A stretch of 64,000 bases of DNA from Anthoceros angustus (GCA_010909165.1 MU008228.1:1-64000); one strand, 5' to 3'. Counted from the first letter of the stretch, positions 1 to 15,617 are shown. Notes: generated by a model not told the origin, from the sequence alone. Made by a program: numbers and translations.

Positions 1-530
1 ACCGGAAGAAGGTCTTGGATGCCTCGTGGGCAATGCGCAGGGATGTGGGAATTTATTAGGAGGTGTGATGCGTCGAGGGTTGGAAGGCCCACTTTGTCAA
101 CAAAGGGCCTCTCACCTACATACTACCTTTGGCACCATTTGAGAAGTGGGGTATAGATTTTGTAGGTCCAATCAAGCCACCCACACAATGGACAAGGAAG
201 CAATATATCTTGGTGGCGGACTATTGTACAAAGATGGTGGAGGTCAAGCAACAAAGGACGACGACTGCAGAGAAGTTTCTCTGAGAACATTATAACGAGG
301 TATGGATGTCCTTTGAGTTGGTCTGATGGGGAACTCATTTCCTCAACTCGATCGAGACTCTCACCACCTACTTCAACATTCGATCGAAAGACAACTCCTT
401 ACAATCCCAAAGCGAATGGTTTGACGGAGAAAACGAATGGGCTGTTGTGTACAATCTTGACCAAGGTAACGTGGACTCACATGTATGATTGGGACACTAA
501 GCTACATTCAAGGGCTTACAGAAGCAGAAG
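1..530 (+). mobile_element. Degenerate Ty3/gypsy integrase (rve core) fragment
   Basis: Translation across frameshifts gives PFEKWGIDFVGPIKPP...YILVADYCTKMVEV (from 135) and TPYNPKANGLTEKTNGLLCTIL...DWDTKLHS (ORF 313-534), typical retrotransposon integrase motifs. Confidence 0.85.
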
Positions 531-902
531 GTGACAACCAAGAAGCCCGAATCGAGGTTAGAATAGGAGGAAGAGGATGAGGAGATGAGAAGATGAGTAG
601 AGGATTAGAGGTGTAGGTGTTAGTGGAAGGCCACAGCAGAGCCTAAGGGACGAATCCCAACTGCAAGTAAAAGAGCGCCCCGAGTGGAGAAGAGTGGTCT
701 TAGAAGTAGGGACGAAATCGCTGTGTGGACTGGGGGGTCCCCGGCGCCTGTGATAGGCTCCTCGCCGAAAGGTGACCGCAATTGTTTTGTGTCGTTGTAG
801 GTCGAGGATTGGCGATTTTTCAAGAAGCAGGAACGTGAAGAGGGGGAGTAGAGGGCGCCTGCTTGTTTAGAAGGCCGAGTGTGTCTCGCAGTAGCGATCG
901 CA

Positions 903-1049
903 TCACAAGACCTCGAACTTTCACACAAGTCTCATGGGACGATCAAGAGGAAGCTGCAAGTGTGGAGGGAGGAGAGTGCCTTGTTTGTTGAGAAGAGTGT
1001 GCATCGGTGTCACAAGGCCTCGAACTTTCACACAAGTCTCATGGGACGA
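903..1049 (+). repeat. ~40-bp direct repeat, two copies 107 bp apart
   Basis: TCACAAG(A/G)CCTCGAACTTTCACACAAGTCTCATGGGACGA at 903-942 and 1010-1049. Confidence 0.85.
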
Positions 1050-1129
1050 AACCCAACGACGGACAAGGATAAGTGGCCGCTTATAGTGAGGACCTCGAGT
1101 GCCCGCTTTTCCTACCATGTACCGGGTTC

Positions 1130-2049
1130 GGGATTGATGACCCGACGCTTGCTCACCGCGAGAATGCATGATCATGTTGGTAATGACCGGTGTGCAATCA
1201 AGAAAAAATGATACAAGTAGTGGACGATGTCGCTTTGTTGCAAGGAAGTGTGTGATAGCTAGACTCGAGCGACTTGGAGAGAAACGAGGTGCGTGGTGCA
1301 CGCCGTTTTAGTTGCAATGATACATAAGGGTGTGTGATGTGGAGACGTATAATGGACGCGCCGGTGGTCAGAAATGCGTGAGTTTGTGGCGGCCGAGATC
1401 GAAAACGATGCTCATCAAATGGATGCACTGCTTGCCTCGCTATTCGCCGGTCAAGGGCAAGGGCCTCTTTTGAATGCGCTTTCCGATCGGATGAGGGGCG
1501 ATTTTTGCCGCTCCCTCCGCCATCGCTGGATTGCTTGTCGGGAATGATGAACATCCGCTTGAGGGTTCTCATTGCTGCGCCAATACATAGTATGGCACCT
1601 CAGAAGCGGTCGCAGCGACTGGACACGCGCTACCACGGTTTTTTTTTTGCGATTGCTAGAAAATGGTGCTATGAGGTACATATGGTGCATAAGCACGATT
1701 CTATGGTGACGCCGGATTTGCAGATCGGGTGGATCAAGACGGGTCACAATCAAAGACCGCACTTCTTGCTGATTGTGATAGGACGCCTAACTATGTACCA
1801 ACCGTGGACAAGGAATAGCTACACCGCATGCCTTCTGCTGAATCAGTGGTGCACGATACAAATGTGATATTTTGGCACCAAGGAGGGTCATCTTGGATCT
1901 CTCACATAGCGCTTATGGAATAAGAGACCTATGGTCCGGACTTCAAAATCCTTCCATGGGATTCGGACTTTAACATCTCTCAAACATCATCTTTGTTGAA
2001 ATGACCTCACCATGTGCAAAATTTTGCATTTATGCGATGTAGTCTAGAT

Positions 2050-2050
<1 letters not shown>
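1130..2050. repeat. Divergent copy of an unidentified repeat (X), also at ~5100-7110 and ~13600-15607
   Basis: Shared blocks include CAAGGGCCTCTTT...CTCCGCCATCGCT, ACAAATGTGATAT...CCAAGGAGGG...GGATCTCTCACA, and a common end TTTATGCGATGTAGTCTAG followed by TATC repeats. Confidence 0.75.
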
Positions 2051-3600
<1,550 letters not shown>

Positions 3601-6600
3601 CCAAGAGAGAGTTATGTTCCCTATGAGATCCATGAATTTGCCCTTTGTGTGCCCATAGATTGGTGCTTCTAAATGATGTTTATCCATCCCAAACATCCCA
3701 TCGATGAACTAAGTAAATCTATTCCTTCAATGTTTACGTAATACTAATTTGTGAAGGAATTTTTATTGATTTTATTTATTATTTACCCTTTATTATTTTC
3801 TTACTAATATGGTTGTTTTCCTTGATTTTTGAGATAAATTTTAATTCAAGATAGTCTAATATGTATGCAGGTTTTATTTGTCTTTTTGGATAATAAACTT
3901 GGAAGCGTGATGTTTACATAAGTATCTTTCATATGTTTTGTTTTTGACCTTAGAGAGGTGTCTAACCCATAAAAATGCACCATTAGACTCTTGATAACTA
4001 TGGAGTGAATAGAATATGAATATGCTTGCCTTTTTCCAATGGCTATCACCTTTTATTGGTAGAAGGACATAGTGCCTTACCCACTTGGGCATATTATAAT
4101 TAACACCTCATATGGGCCATGTGTACATTTATGACCTCGGACCTTGTTTCACTTTTAATATATACTACTAGGCTATAAATGAGGGATCGACCTATGTGCA
4201 TGTTTGTTAAAGATGGGTTGATTCCTTGTGGGTTATCATTGGTAGGAATGGCTGCCCAATAGGATTATATAACTTGTGAGCGGTTGGATAGAATTTGCTA
4301 CCCAATGAAATCCCTTCCTCCAAACTTTGGTTGGGGTTCCTCCCTTCCTCTCCTATGCTTAGCCTCTACCTTTGATGATTGTCATTCTCTATTGCTCCTC
4401 TATTTGCGTGATCACCTTACTTAGTACCTTGGTCTCTTTGTCGTTGCCTCCCCAAGCTAGCCATGGCTACCAAGGTTGAACCTTTTCTCCTCTACTTCAC
4501 TATGCAACCTTAGAATTAGTGGATGTGCAATGGATCCCGTCTCACCAAGGATCCAAACGGGCCGATGATCCCTTTTGGTGGTCAAGAAGGAAGGGGAGGG
4601 GTGTTGACCAACACCATCTGTGCATCCAAGAAGCTAGACCTTGATTTGGTCATCCATGGTCTAGTCTTCTAAACCTCAAGTTTTTTTTCGATGATCTAGA
4701 AGCGGATAGATGACTCAATGATCGCTAGGGTTTGTGTCTTACGGATTCAAAATACTGGTTTGATCAACACAAGATACTTCGTTCGCAGTGACGTGGCTAT
4801 GAATGTGTCGTTGTTCGCTGCAATTTTTGTCGGATGCCTCGTATTGGATGCATGTACCGGAATCGTCATCCTTTGGGATCGACTCAAGGTCCCGCTTAGG
4901 TGAAGCATCATCGCATCTTGCGTAGGTTTATCGCATTGTGAGGGATATTGATGTTTGATACATGTAGCAAGGACGGTGGGTGGGAGGACAACGACGCAGT
5001 TGAATGAGTAAAATAGGTGGTATGTCGCTTGCTTCAGGACGATCTACCGAGCACAAGATTGCATGTGAATGGCTTCAAGATAGCATGCGATAGATATTGT
5101 GCTACCCGGATGCTCGCTTAAGCTTGCGATCGGGATGTCGATCTAGTTTTGCATATCGCGTTACCACGGTTGGATGTACCGCTTGATCAGACTTGTAAGA
5201 TTGCATCGAATATTGGGAGTCCGCCGAGGACAAGGGCCTCTTTGGACGCGCTTTTGATCGGACGGGTTGGACGACTGGTTTTGCCGCCCCTCCGCCATCG
5301 CTCATGGATTGCTTGCTAGGAATCATTATCTCGCTGAGGGTTCCACGGCTCGCCGTGCTTGGAGCCATACAAAGTGGCGCGTGCAAGTGGTGCCGCAGCG
5401 ACGCTGGTTTTGCTTCCACGATGGCCGCTTCCGTTAACCGCTGAAATTGATGTCGTGGCGGTATAGCATGACGCGTCGCAGCTGGTGGGTGCTGGATATG
5501 CAGCCGGTGGATCGAGGGTTGTACGTCGATCTAAAACGTGAACGGATGACCATGCCTACCAAGAATTTGCTTGGTGACCCGTCTCACGGAGAGGTGTGTC
5601 TGACGCCCACCGAGGATCGACTATGGGCAAGAGAAAATGGGTACTGATTGTCACCGGCCTCTTTGGACGCGATTTTGACCGGACGGGTTGGAGGATTGTT
5701 GGTTTTTCTGCCTCCGCCATCGCTCATGGATTGCTTGCGGGAATGATGACCATATGGTTTGACGGTTTTGCTGGCTCGCCGCTTGGAGCTACAAGTGGCG
5801 CGCAAGCGAGACGACCCGATGGTTTTGCTACCACGGTGGATGTTCACGTTGATCAGGAATTGGTGTCTGTGGTGATTAGCATGATGTCACGCTGGTGGAT
5901 GCCGGATGGTGATGGGTGGATCCAGACGGGTTGTCGATCTAAAACTTGGATGGATGCTACCGCCAACTTTTTGTCACAACCCCGGGATCGTGATGCGGCC
6001 GGTCGCACGTGGGCTTGTGATGGCCGCGATCGCGCGGCCCGGAGAGAGAAAACGATCGGGCAATAAACGCACGCTTTGCTTACCGCGAGAATGCATGAGG
6101 ATGTAGTGATTGAGATTGGTGCAACTTGATGAGAAAATGATATGGTAGTCACGCAAGGAAGTGTGTGATGACCGGTGAGCGACTTGGAGAGAAAAGATGC
6201 AGTGCGAGGTGCAGCCTATTGGTGACAATGATACCGTGTGTGATGATGGAGATCGCGATGTCGATGGACGACGCCGCTTGTTTGCCGTAAGGATGTATGA
6301 AATTAAGACGGCCGAGACTAGTGAGCGACCAAAAAAGCGATCCTCATCAAGTGGATGCACTGCTTGCTTGCAAGCATGTGTAGGTATGTAATGGTTGAGA
6401 CTCATGAGCGGAGAAAACGATGTAGGTGGATGCACGTTGTATACTTGGCAAGGATGCATGTGGTGTTTGATGATTGAGACGGAACGGCCTAGAAAAACAA
6501 TGCAAGCAATGATGCACACGTCGCTGCCGGATGCATGTGGGTTTGTGATATTGAGACCGCCGCAGCTTGAGAGAGAAAACGAGACAGCTATAGATGCACA

Positions 6601-7120
6601 CTACTCCTTGCTACAAGGATGCTTTGTAAAGGTTTTGATAACTTTGTGGTGACATACCAACCATGGACCACAAATGGTGAACTAGTCTGTTTCGCTACTT
6701 TGACAACCACGACGAAATTAATGGTGACATGCATGATTTTTCTCTCATGAACAGATGTTCCTATTTGCTTGATCCGTTGCTAGCATGCTGAAAAATGGAA
6801 GAGTGCTTATAGACATCTTGGTTCACTTCTCGATTCGATGTAGTCTAACTACTTACCAACCGCCGACGGAAATTGCCGGACACATTGCATGCCTTTACAC
6901 AATCATCCGTGCACGCTACAAATGTGATATACTCATACCAAGGAGGGCGGATCTTGGATCTCTCACACATGGGGTTTTTATTAGGAGACCTATAGTCAAC
7001 TTGGAAAATCCTTCCTGGATTACGGATTTTAAAATATATCTCTAAAGCAGCTTTGCTTGAAATGACTGCTAGGTCGTGCATTTTACATTTATGCGATGTA
7101 GTCTAGGAAATCTATCTATC

Positions 7121-10100
7121 TTGCTCTTCTTGGTTTGGTCACCAAGAATCCTTTCAACCTTTGCTGGGTTTAGAAAGTCCGCAGTTCAAATCTCTTGTGG
7201 ATTAATCATGCCGTGGTGTTCACAAATGTGTTGGACTCACTAAGGTTGGAAATTGGCTGGTGTTCGTGGCAATCGAGTTTCTCCTGCCTCATTCATTACA
7301 CATCTTGGTTTTGATCCCCTTCTCGTGGTGCTGTCATGATTGCTTCCATTGTCCCCCTCCATTCATGCTGAAATTCAATTGCACGATAGCGCAGTTGATG
7401 TCTTGTGGTGATGGATGGCACCCCCATCCGCTGGAGGTCCTCTCATTCAACGATTGGTAAGCACACCCAATTGTGATGATGAAGGGATGAAGCTTCTTCA
7501 AACCATAATGGAGCAATGTGTCACAATGACGGTATGCACAAGCAACAGCTTGACGAGGAAAGAGTTCGGATTGCCAAGGCTCAAGGTTGCAAGGTCAAGA
7601 TGAGCCGGCCCATGCTTCACAGAGGCCGGATTCAACCATCCCGGCTTCCCACCGCCAACATGACGGAGGAGGACCGCACCTTCATGAATATGTCCCAAGC
7701 ACAAGAAACAAGGCAGAGCGAGGGTTTCCTCTCATGAGCAATGTCCCATTCCTCTGTTGCACCTAGGGACATTGAGGTGATTGCTGCCATCTCCCACAAG
7801 AAACAAAGGCAACAGCGGCGAGGGTTTCCTCTCATGAGCAATGTCCCATTCCTCTTGTTGCACCTAGGGACATTGAGGTGATTGCTGCCATCTCCACAAG
7901 ATGTGGTGCTCTAACCTCTCTTACTTGGCACCCTTCAAAACTTTTCAAGTCCTTTGTAGGCTAAGTGATGAAGAAATGGCATCGTTGAAGGCCGTGGATG
8001 GAAATGTGGCTTGGGCTGGGTTTTTGCAAGTAACAAAATCTTGCTTTGATGCTACCAAATGCCGAATCGATGAGATGATGTTGTGTAGGGTAAAAGGCTG
8101 GAAAACCGGCAGGGGAAGGACCATGACAAAACATGGTGGAATTGGCTCAGCCTTACATCAAATGCATCCGCCAAGATTTGTTGAATGATGGTAGGGCTGC
8201 TCGCAATGGCGATCATCTGGTTTGACCAAGCCTCGTTCATGGTACAAGATTTGGATGAGTTCTTTCTGGAGCCTCGTGTTCAATGGTTGCCTTCACGATT
8301 CTGAATGCTGGCCAAAACCGTGATTGTGTGAAAGCCCACATTTCCTTCATGTATGTACGTGAAATGATGGATGGTGCTGCATTTGCCACTAACCCCACCC
8401 AAAGGCTCCTTGTTGCATTCTGGATCAGAAAACTCATGATAGAAAATGATCAAGCCTCCTTCCTTCACGGAAGAATGCGATCGCTTGATGAAACAGAGTT
8501 GAGGTCCAATCAAAAATCCTATATGCGCAAAGCAAAGTCCGATGGGGACAAGCACGAAAAGTCCTCACGAGGCACCCGTGGCAATAGGCAAGGTGGCCCT
8601 ATGATGCACAATAGGTTTTCTAACAAATATGCTAGCCCCGGTAGGCCCCTACTATCGAAAGAAGACTCTCCTATGGCTCGGACATTCAGCTAGCAACCTT
8701 AGCTCCACCTCGATCCGACACCGGCTCCTTCCAACACACATGGTGACGGCACCACCTTCCGGCCTCTTCTACCTCTAAGCCTCCTAGTGGACTACGGGAA
8801 TCAAACTCGGTGATTTTGTAAGTTCGATGACCCTCTTTTCTTCGTTGTCCCGCTAATTTTTCCTTGGTTGCCTTTTCCGGTGTCATCCCCGATGATCCGT
8901 GCCCGATCGCATGTTGCTTTTGACATGACCGAATGGCATTAGTGAAGCATGCACCGATACCAATGCGTTCACCACACGTTGTACCGTAATAGACTGGAAC
9001 ATTTGCAAGTGAAAGTTTGACCAAGCTACTAACATGCTTGGTGATGCCTCCTTGATGCACTAGTCTTGGAAACTACCTTTGGATGGAGACATGTTGCCTC
9101 CTTGAGGCAAGAGGTGTACAAGCCTCGGAAAGTTTTGTGGATTTTCTTTTGAACACGGAGATAGTGTGCCCAGAGACACTTATGTGCCCATCACAAAAGC
9201 GCTTCCAAGCTTTTGTGGATCCTTTGACCATGGATCCCAATGATGGGGTGGCTCATGTTCTGCTGCTCGTGAGGGACCGTAACCTCCAAGCACAACTCAA
9301 GATGGGACTGAACCAGATCCCCTTGCCTCCTCAACGTCCCCGATCGTGGAGTGTTCGGATTCTTTGCACAACTTGTGGAAATTTTCTTGGCACATGGGTG
9401 CAATCTGGATGAGCATGTTTTTTGGCCCAAAATTGGCTTCGTGCTTCCAATCTTTGAGACAAGCCAAAAACAAAGGCTTTGGTCCCATGGTAGGACTCAT
9501 GTTCGGAAAATTCATGCGCAAGGGATGAGCTCTCATGGCTCCTTAACCACCTCTATTGTTCCGGCCTTGATAAAGCCAACACCTCTTTTCAATGCACCTT
9601 CTATGTCGAAATGTGCCTTGAAAAGACTTTGTGATCCGGACTTTTCACCCCGGCTGGAAAATGGCACTTGGTTGCCTATCTCACATATCTGAGTAACATT
9701 CAATTCCAATGGAAAGCATACTCCCGAGATTCCGGTGGACCAAGACTTTGGTCTCCTACCTCATGGGAATTTTTAAACAGCATAAATTGAAGCAGTGGTT
9801 AACCAATGGACATGATTGTGTGTTCTCTATCTTGGCACCTACTCACATTTGCCACAAATCTTATTATTCCAATTTTAAGGGATTGGACCCTTGGGCTTCA
9901 AGAGGGCTATAAAACCTACTTGGAGTGGATACCTCAATGTTTTGGATCACGGAATCCGTGGTACAAGTGGCAATCAATCTCCCGCTAAAATACATTCCAT
10001 TTTAGTCGGATATTACGCGATGCTATGAGGCTATTCCCACACAGGGAAGACTCCTTGCTGAAGCCATGGCTTTTGTCTTAAAAGGCATACACTCATGTCA

Positions 10101-11162
10101 ATGACACGTGAGCAAAACTAAAACCTTATGGGTGAAATACTCTCACCCGCAAGTTTTTGTGATTACAAGTGGGTTTATGATACACCTAGTTGCACCACTG
10201 GACCATGGATCCCTCTCCCATACGAGAGACTCCTAAGTCTCCACTTATGGCTTATGCAAAACTGCAATGTCCAGCTTGGAAACCACGCCTGGTTGCAAAC
10301 CTCGGGCATCCCAATGGGCTTTTCATGCTCTCCACTTTGGTGCAACTTGTACTTCTTCTCCTATGAATGCCGCTTCATTCAACGCCTAGCACGACTAGGA
10401 AGAACCGATCTAATGGCACTGCTCAAAGAAGCTAGAAGATACATTGATGATATCGGCTCAACCGCCACCGCTCACGAATTCTTGGACCCTAATGCTAAGC
10501 GTGATCCCGACAATCCCTATTGGATCTACCCCTCCACATTGTTGAAATCCAACAAGAGGTGGATGAAACTTACCTAATCCGAGGGCATCACACTTGGAAA
10601 GTCGGCCCACTTTCTAAACATGCAAATTCATATTGAGGATCCCATCCTTGGAATTTATAAGACCTATAAGTTTGACAAACGAAGGGCTCTCCCATTCAAA
10701 TATGCACAATACATCCACTTGAACTCTAATAGACCAATTCGCCAAGCATACAATGTAATTGTGTCTCAAGTGTTCCCTATCCTCTATGTATCTAGTGAGG
10801 CCTCACTAGCCTACATAGAACTCATGGAACTTATTAAAGCCTTCATCAACAATGGCTTTAGGAACACAAGCTTAAAACCATTGTTAAAAATGCTTAATGC
10901 TTGGAACCTTCCTGGTCTTAAGTTCCCAATTGAGGATCTTGTTAGCATGTTCAATTAATTTCCCACATAACTTCTCTCTATGGGATGGTTAGATAGATTT
11001 ATGTATATGATGCTTCATGCATCATGTTTTTTCTGTCATTTTATTACAATTATATTTCCTTTTGGCGGTGGTATATATCCTTGGATCAAGGGCATTTGTA
11101 TACCTCATTTGCCCCCGATCCAAAAGGAATATATTTGTAAATTCAACCACGGAGAGTGGAGG
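7121..11162 (+). mobile_element. Penelope-like retroelement (probably Naiad/Chlamys-type), frameshifted, flanked by short TATC tracts
   Basis: RT motifs: L-DKAN (~9568), YLMGIFKQHK, DITRCYEAIP (10009-10038), QTSGIPMGFSCSPLWCNLYFFSYE (~10296), RYIDD (~10436), thumb FDKRRALPF...SNRP...YNVIVSQ (ORF 10620-10958). TATC tracts at 7110-7120 and 11163-11190. Confidence 0.85.
9540..10958 (+). pseudogene. PLE reverse transcriptase core and thumb, frameshifted
   Basis: ORFs 10128-10577 and 10620-10958 plus upstream fragments carry the RT motifs in the expected order. Confidence 0.9.
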
Positions 11163-11867
11163 TATCTATCTATCTATCTATCCATCTATCCAAGAGAGAG
11201 TTATGTTCCCTATGAGATCCATGAATTTGCCCTTTGTGTGCCCATAGATTGGTGCTTCTAAATGATGTTTATCCATCCCAAACATCCCATCGATGAACTA
11301 AGTAAATCTATTCCTTCAATGTTTACGTAATACTAATTTGTGAAGGAATTTTTATTGATTTTATTTATTATTTACCCTTTATTATTTTCTTACTAATATG
11401 GTTGTTTTCCTTGATTTTTGAGATAAATTTTAATTCAAGATAGTCTAATATGTATGCAGGTTTTATTTGTTTTTGGATAATAAACTTGGAAGCGTGATGT
11501 TTACAAGTATCTTTCATATGTTTTGTTTTTGACCTTAGAGAGGTATCTAACCCATAAAAATGCACCATTAGACTCTTGATAACTATGGAGTGAATAGAAT
11601 ATGAATATGCTTGCCTTTTTCCAACTCGGCTATCACCTTTTAATGGTAGAAGGACATAGTGCCTTACCCACTTGGGCATATTATAATTAACACCTCATAT
11701 GGGCCATGTGTACATTTATGACCTCGGACCTTGTTTCACTTTTAATATATACTACTAGGCTATAAATGAGGGATCCCTATGTGCATGTTTGTTAAAGATG
11801 GGTTGATTCCTTGTGGGTTATCATTGGTAGGAATGGCTGCCCAATAGGATTATATAACTTGTGAGCC

Positions 11868-13660
11868 GGGTTGGATAGAATTTGCTACCCAATGAAATCC
11901 CTTCCTCCAAACTTTGGTTGGGGTTCCTCCCTTCCTCTCCTATGCTTAGCCTCTACCTTTGATGATTGTCATTCTCTATTGCCCCGCCCTCTATTTGCGT
12001 GATCACCTTACTTAGTACCTTGGTCTCTTTGTCGCTGTTGCCTCCCCAAGCTAGCCATGGCTACCAAGGTTGAACCTTTTCTCCTCTCTCTACTTCACTA
12101 TGCAACCTTAGAATTAGTGGATGTGCAATGGATCCCGCCTCACCAAGGATCCAAAGCCGATGATCCCTTTTGGTGGTGAAGAAGGGAAGGGGAGGGGTTG
12201 ACCAACACCATCTCTGGGCATCCAAGAAGCTAGACCTTGATTTGGTCATCCGGTCTAGTCTTCTAAACCTCAAGTTGTTTTTTCGGTATGATCTAGAAGT
12301 TGGATAGATGACTCAATGATCGCTAGGGTTTGTGTCTTACGATTCAAAATACCCGGGTTTGATCAACACAAGATACTTCGCTGCTCAGTCGACGCGGCTA
12401 TGAATGTCGTTGTTCGGCTGCAATTTTTGTCCGGATGCCTCGTATTGGATGCATGTCGGAATCGTCATCCTTTGGGGACTCAAGGTCCCGCTTAGGTGAA
12501 GCATCCGACCGCATCTTGCGAGGTTTGACCGCATAATCGTGAGACCGATATTGATGTTTGATACATGTAGCAAGGAATGACGGTGGTGGGAGGACAACGA
12601 CGCAGTTGAATGACGATAGGTGGTCGCTTGGTTTCACTGACGATCGCGAGCACAAGATTGCATGTGAATGGCTTCAAGATAGATAGATATTGTGCTACCG
12701 GATGCTCGCTTAAGCTTGCGATCGATGTCGATCTAGTTTTGCATATCGTTACCACGGTTGGATAGAATTTGCTACCCAATGAAATCCCTTCCTCCAAACT
12801 TTGGTTGGGGTTCCTCCCTTCCTCTCCTATGCTTAGCCTCTACCTTTGATGATTGTCATTCTCTCTATTGCTCCCCGCCTCTATTTGCGTGATCACCTTA
12901 CTTAGTACCTTGGTCTCTTTGTCGCGTTGCCTCCCCAAGCTAGCCATGGCTACCAAGGTTGAACCTTTTCTCCTCTCTTCTACTTCACTATGCAACCTTA
13001 GAATTAGTGGATGTGCAATGGATCCCGTCTCACCAAGGATCCAAACGATGATCCCTTTTGGTGGTGAAGAAGGGAAGGGGAGGGGTGTTGACCAACACCA
13101 TCTCGTGCATCCAAGAAGCTAGACCTTGATTTGGTCATCGGTCTAGTCTTCTAAACCTCAAGTTGTTTTTTCGATGATCTAGAACCGGATAGATGACTCA
13201 ATGACCGCTAGGGTTTGTGTCTTACGGATTCAAAATACCGGTTTGATCAACACAAGATACTTCGTGCTCCGCAGTCGACGTGGCTATGAATGTGTCGTTG
13301 TTCGTGCTGCGATTTTTGTCTGGATGCCTCGTATTGGATGCATGTCCGGAATCGTCATCCTTTGGGATATCGACTCAAGGTCCCGCTTAGGTGAAGCATC
13401 CGATCGCATCTTGCGAGGTTTGACGCTTGTGAGACCGATATTGATGTTTGATACATGTAGCAAGGAATGAGGCGTGGGAGGACAACGACGCAGTTGAATG
13501 ACGTAAAATAGGTGGTATCGCTTGGCTTCACCGACGATCTGAGCACAAGATTGCATGTGAATGGCTTCAAGATAGCATGCGATAGATATTGTGCTACCGG
13601 ATGCTCGCTTTGCGATCGGGATGTCGATCTAGTTTTGCATATCGCGTTGCTACCAGTTGG
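11868..13660 (+). repeat. ~890-bp internal tandem duplication within unit 2
   Basis: GGTTGGATAGAATTTGCTACCC occurs at ~11869 and again at ~12756. The duplicated segment matches ~4282-5175 of unit 1. Confidence 0.9.
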
Positions 13661-15617
13661 ATGTACCCGTTGACCGCATGTAAGATTGCATCGAATATTG
13701 GGAGTCCGAGGACAAGGGCCTCTTTGGACGCGCTTTTGATCGGACGGTTGACGACCGGTTTTTTGGTCCTCCGCCATCGCTCATGGATTGCTTGCTAGGA
13801 ATCATTATCTCGGTTGAGGGTTCCACCGTGGCTCGCCGTGCTTGGAGCCATACAAAGTGGCGCGTGCAGCCGCAGACCGCTGGTTTTGCTTCGGTCGCTT
13901 TGTCGCCGCTGGAAATTGATGTCGCGGCGGTGCATAGCACGACGGCCGCTACAGCTGGTGGGTGCTGGATATGCAGGTGGATCCGACGGGGTTGTACGTC
14001 GATCTAAAACGCGTGAACGGATGACCATGCGCTACCGAATTTGTTGGTGACCCGTCTCACGGAGAGGTGTGTCCGACTCCCGAGGATCGACTATGGGCAA
14101 GAAAAAGGGGCGTGGGCTGATTGATCTGTCACGCCTTTTGACGCGATTTTGACCGGACGGGTTGGAGGATTGCTTTTTCCGCTCCCCGCCATCGCTCATG
14201 GATTGCTTCCGGGAATGATGACCATATGGTTTGATTTGCTGTCGCCGCTTGGAGCCATAGTCCTAAACGCGGTGAGACGACCCGATGGTTTTGCTACCAC
14301 GGTGGATGTTCACTTGATCGGAATTGGTGTCTGTGGTGATTAGCATGATGCCGCTACGTGGTGGATCTTTGGATGGGCGTGATGGGTGGATCCACGGGTT
14401 GTCGATCTAAAACTTGACCGGATGGCACGCCAATCCTTTTGTCACAACCTGATCCGTGATGTGGCGGCCGACCGCACGCGGGCTTGTGATGGCCGCGTGA
14501 TCGGGCGTGGAGAGAAAACGATGCCGGCAATAAACGCACGCCGTTTGCTTCTGCGAGAATGCATGAGGATGTGTAGTGATTGAGATTGGTGCAACTTGAT
14601 GAGAAAATGATGTGTCACTGCAAGGAAGTGTGATGGGGACCGGTGAGCGACTTGGAGAGAAAAAGATGCGAGGGTGCACCGCCTATTGGTGACAATGATA
14701 CTGGGTGTGTGATGATGGAGATGCGATGGCGCGGGACGACGCTTCTTTAAGGATGTGTATGAAATTAAGACGGCCGAGACTAGTGAGCAAGAAAAAACGA
14801 TGCTCATCAAGTGGATGCACGCTTGTTTGCCGCATACAGTAGGTAATGGTTGAGACTCATGAGCGCCCGAGAAAACGATGTAGGTGGATGCACGTTGTAT
14901 ACTTGCAAGGATGCATGTGGGTGTTTGATGATTGATGAACGGCCTAGAGAAAATACAATGCAATGATGCACACTGCTGCTGCGCAAGGATGCATGTGGTT
15001 TGTGATATTGACGGTCGCTTTGAGAGAAAACGAGAGGCTATAGATGCACACTACCTTTGCTACAAGGATGCTTATGGTAAAGGTTTTTGATAACTTACTG
15101 TGGTGACATACCAACCATGGACCACAAATGGTGAACTGTCTGTTTCTGCTACTTTGACAACCACGAGAAATTAATGGTGACATGCATGATTTTTCTCTCT
15201 CATGAACAGCTGATGTTCCTATTTGCCTGTTGATCCTGGTTGCTAGCATGCTGAAAAATGGAAGAGTGCTTATAGACATACTGGTTCACTTCCTGTCTGA
15301 TTCGATGTAGGCTGTCTAACTACTTACCAACTGGCTGACGGGGGAAATTGCCAGACACATTGCATGCCTTTACACAATCATCCGTGTGCACGCTACAAAT
15401 GTGATATACTCATACCAAGGAGGGCTGGGCAGATGCTGGATCTCTCACACATGGGGGTTGCTTACGAATTAGGAGACCTATGGTCTGAACTTCGGAAAAT
15501 CCTTCCCTGGGATTCTGGATTTTAAAATATATCTCTAAACAGCAGCTTTGCTTGAAATGACCTGGCTAGGTCAGGCAGCTTGCATTTATGCGATGTAGTC
15601 TAGGAAATCTATCTATC

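Larger units (their letters stand above)
3601..11190 (+). repeat. Unit 1 of a ~7.6-kb tandem duplication (Y - X - TATC - PLE - TATC)
   Basis: CCAAGAGAGAGTTATGTTCCCTATGAG starts at 3601 and again at 11190 (offset 7589). The two units stay colinear up to 18693. Confidence 0.95.

Noticed and set aside
7121-9540. GIY-YIG endonuclease upstream of the PLE RT
   Set aside because: No convincing GIY/YIG-R-H-E pattern by eye in the frameshifted fragments; left unassigned.
7121-11162. Hammerhead ribozyme expected in a PLE
   Set aside because: The CTGATGA hits I found (~17296 and ~17364 in copy 2) lack a following stem-GAAA core. A covariance-model search would be needed to exclude variants.
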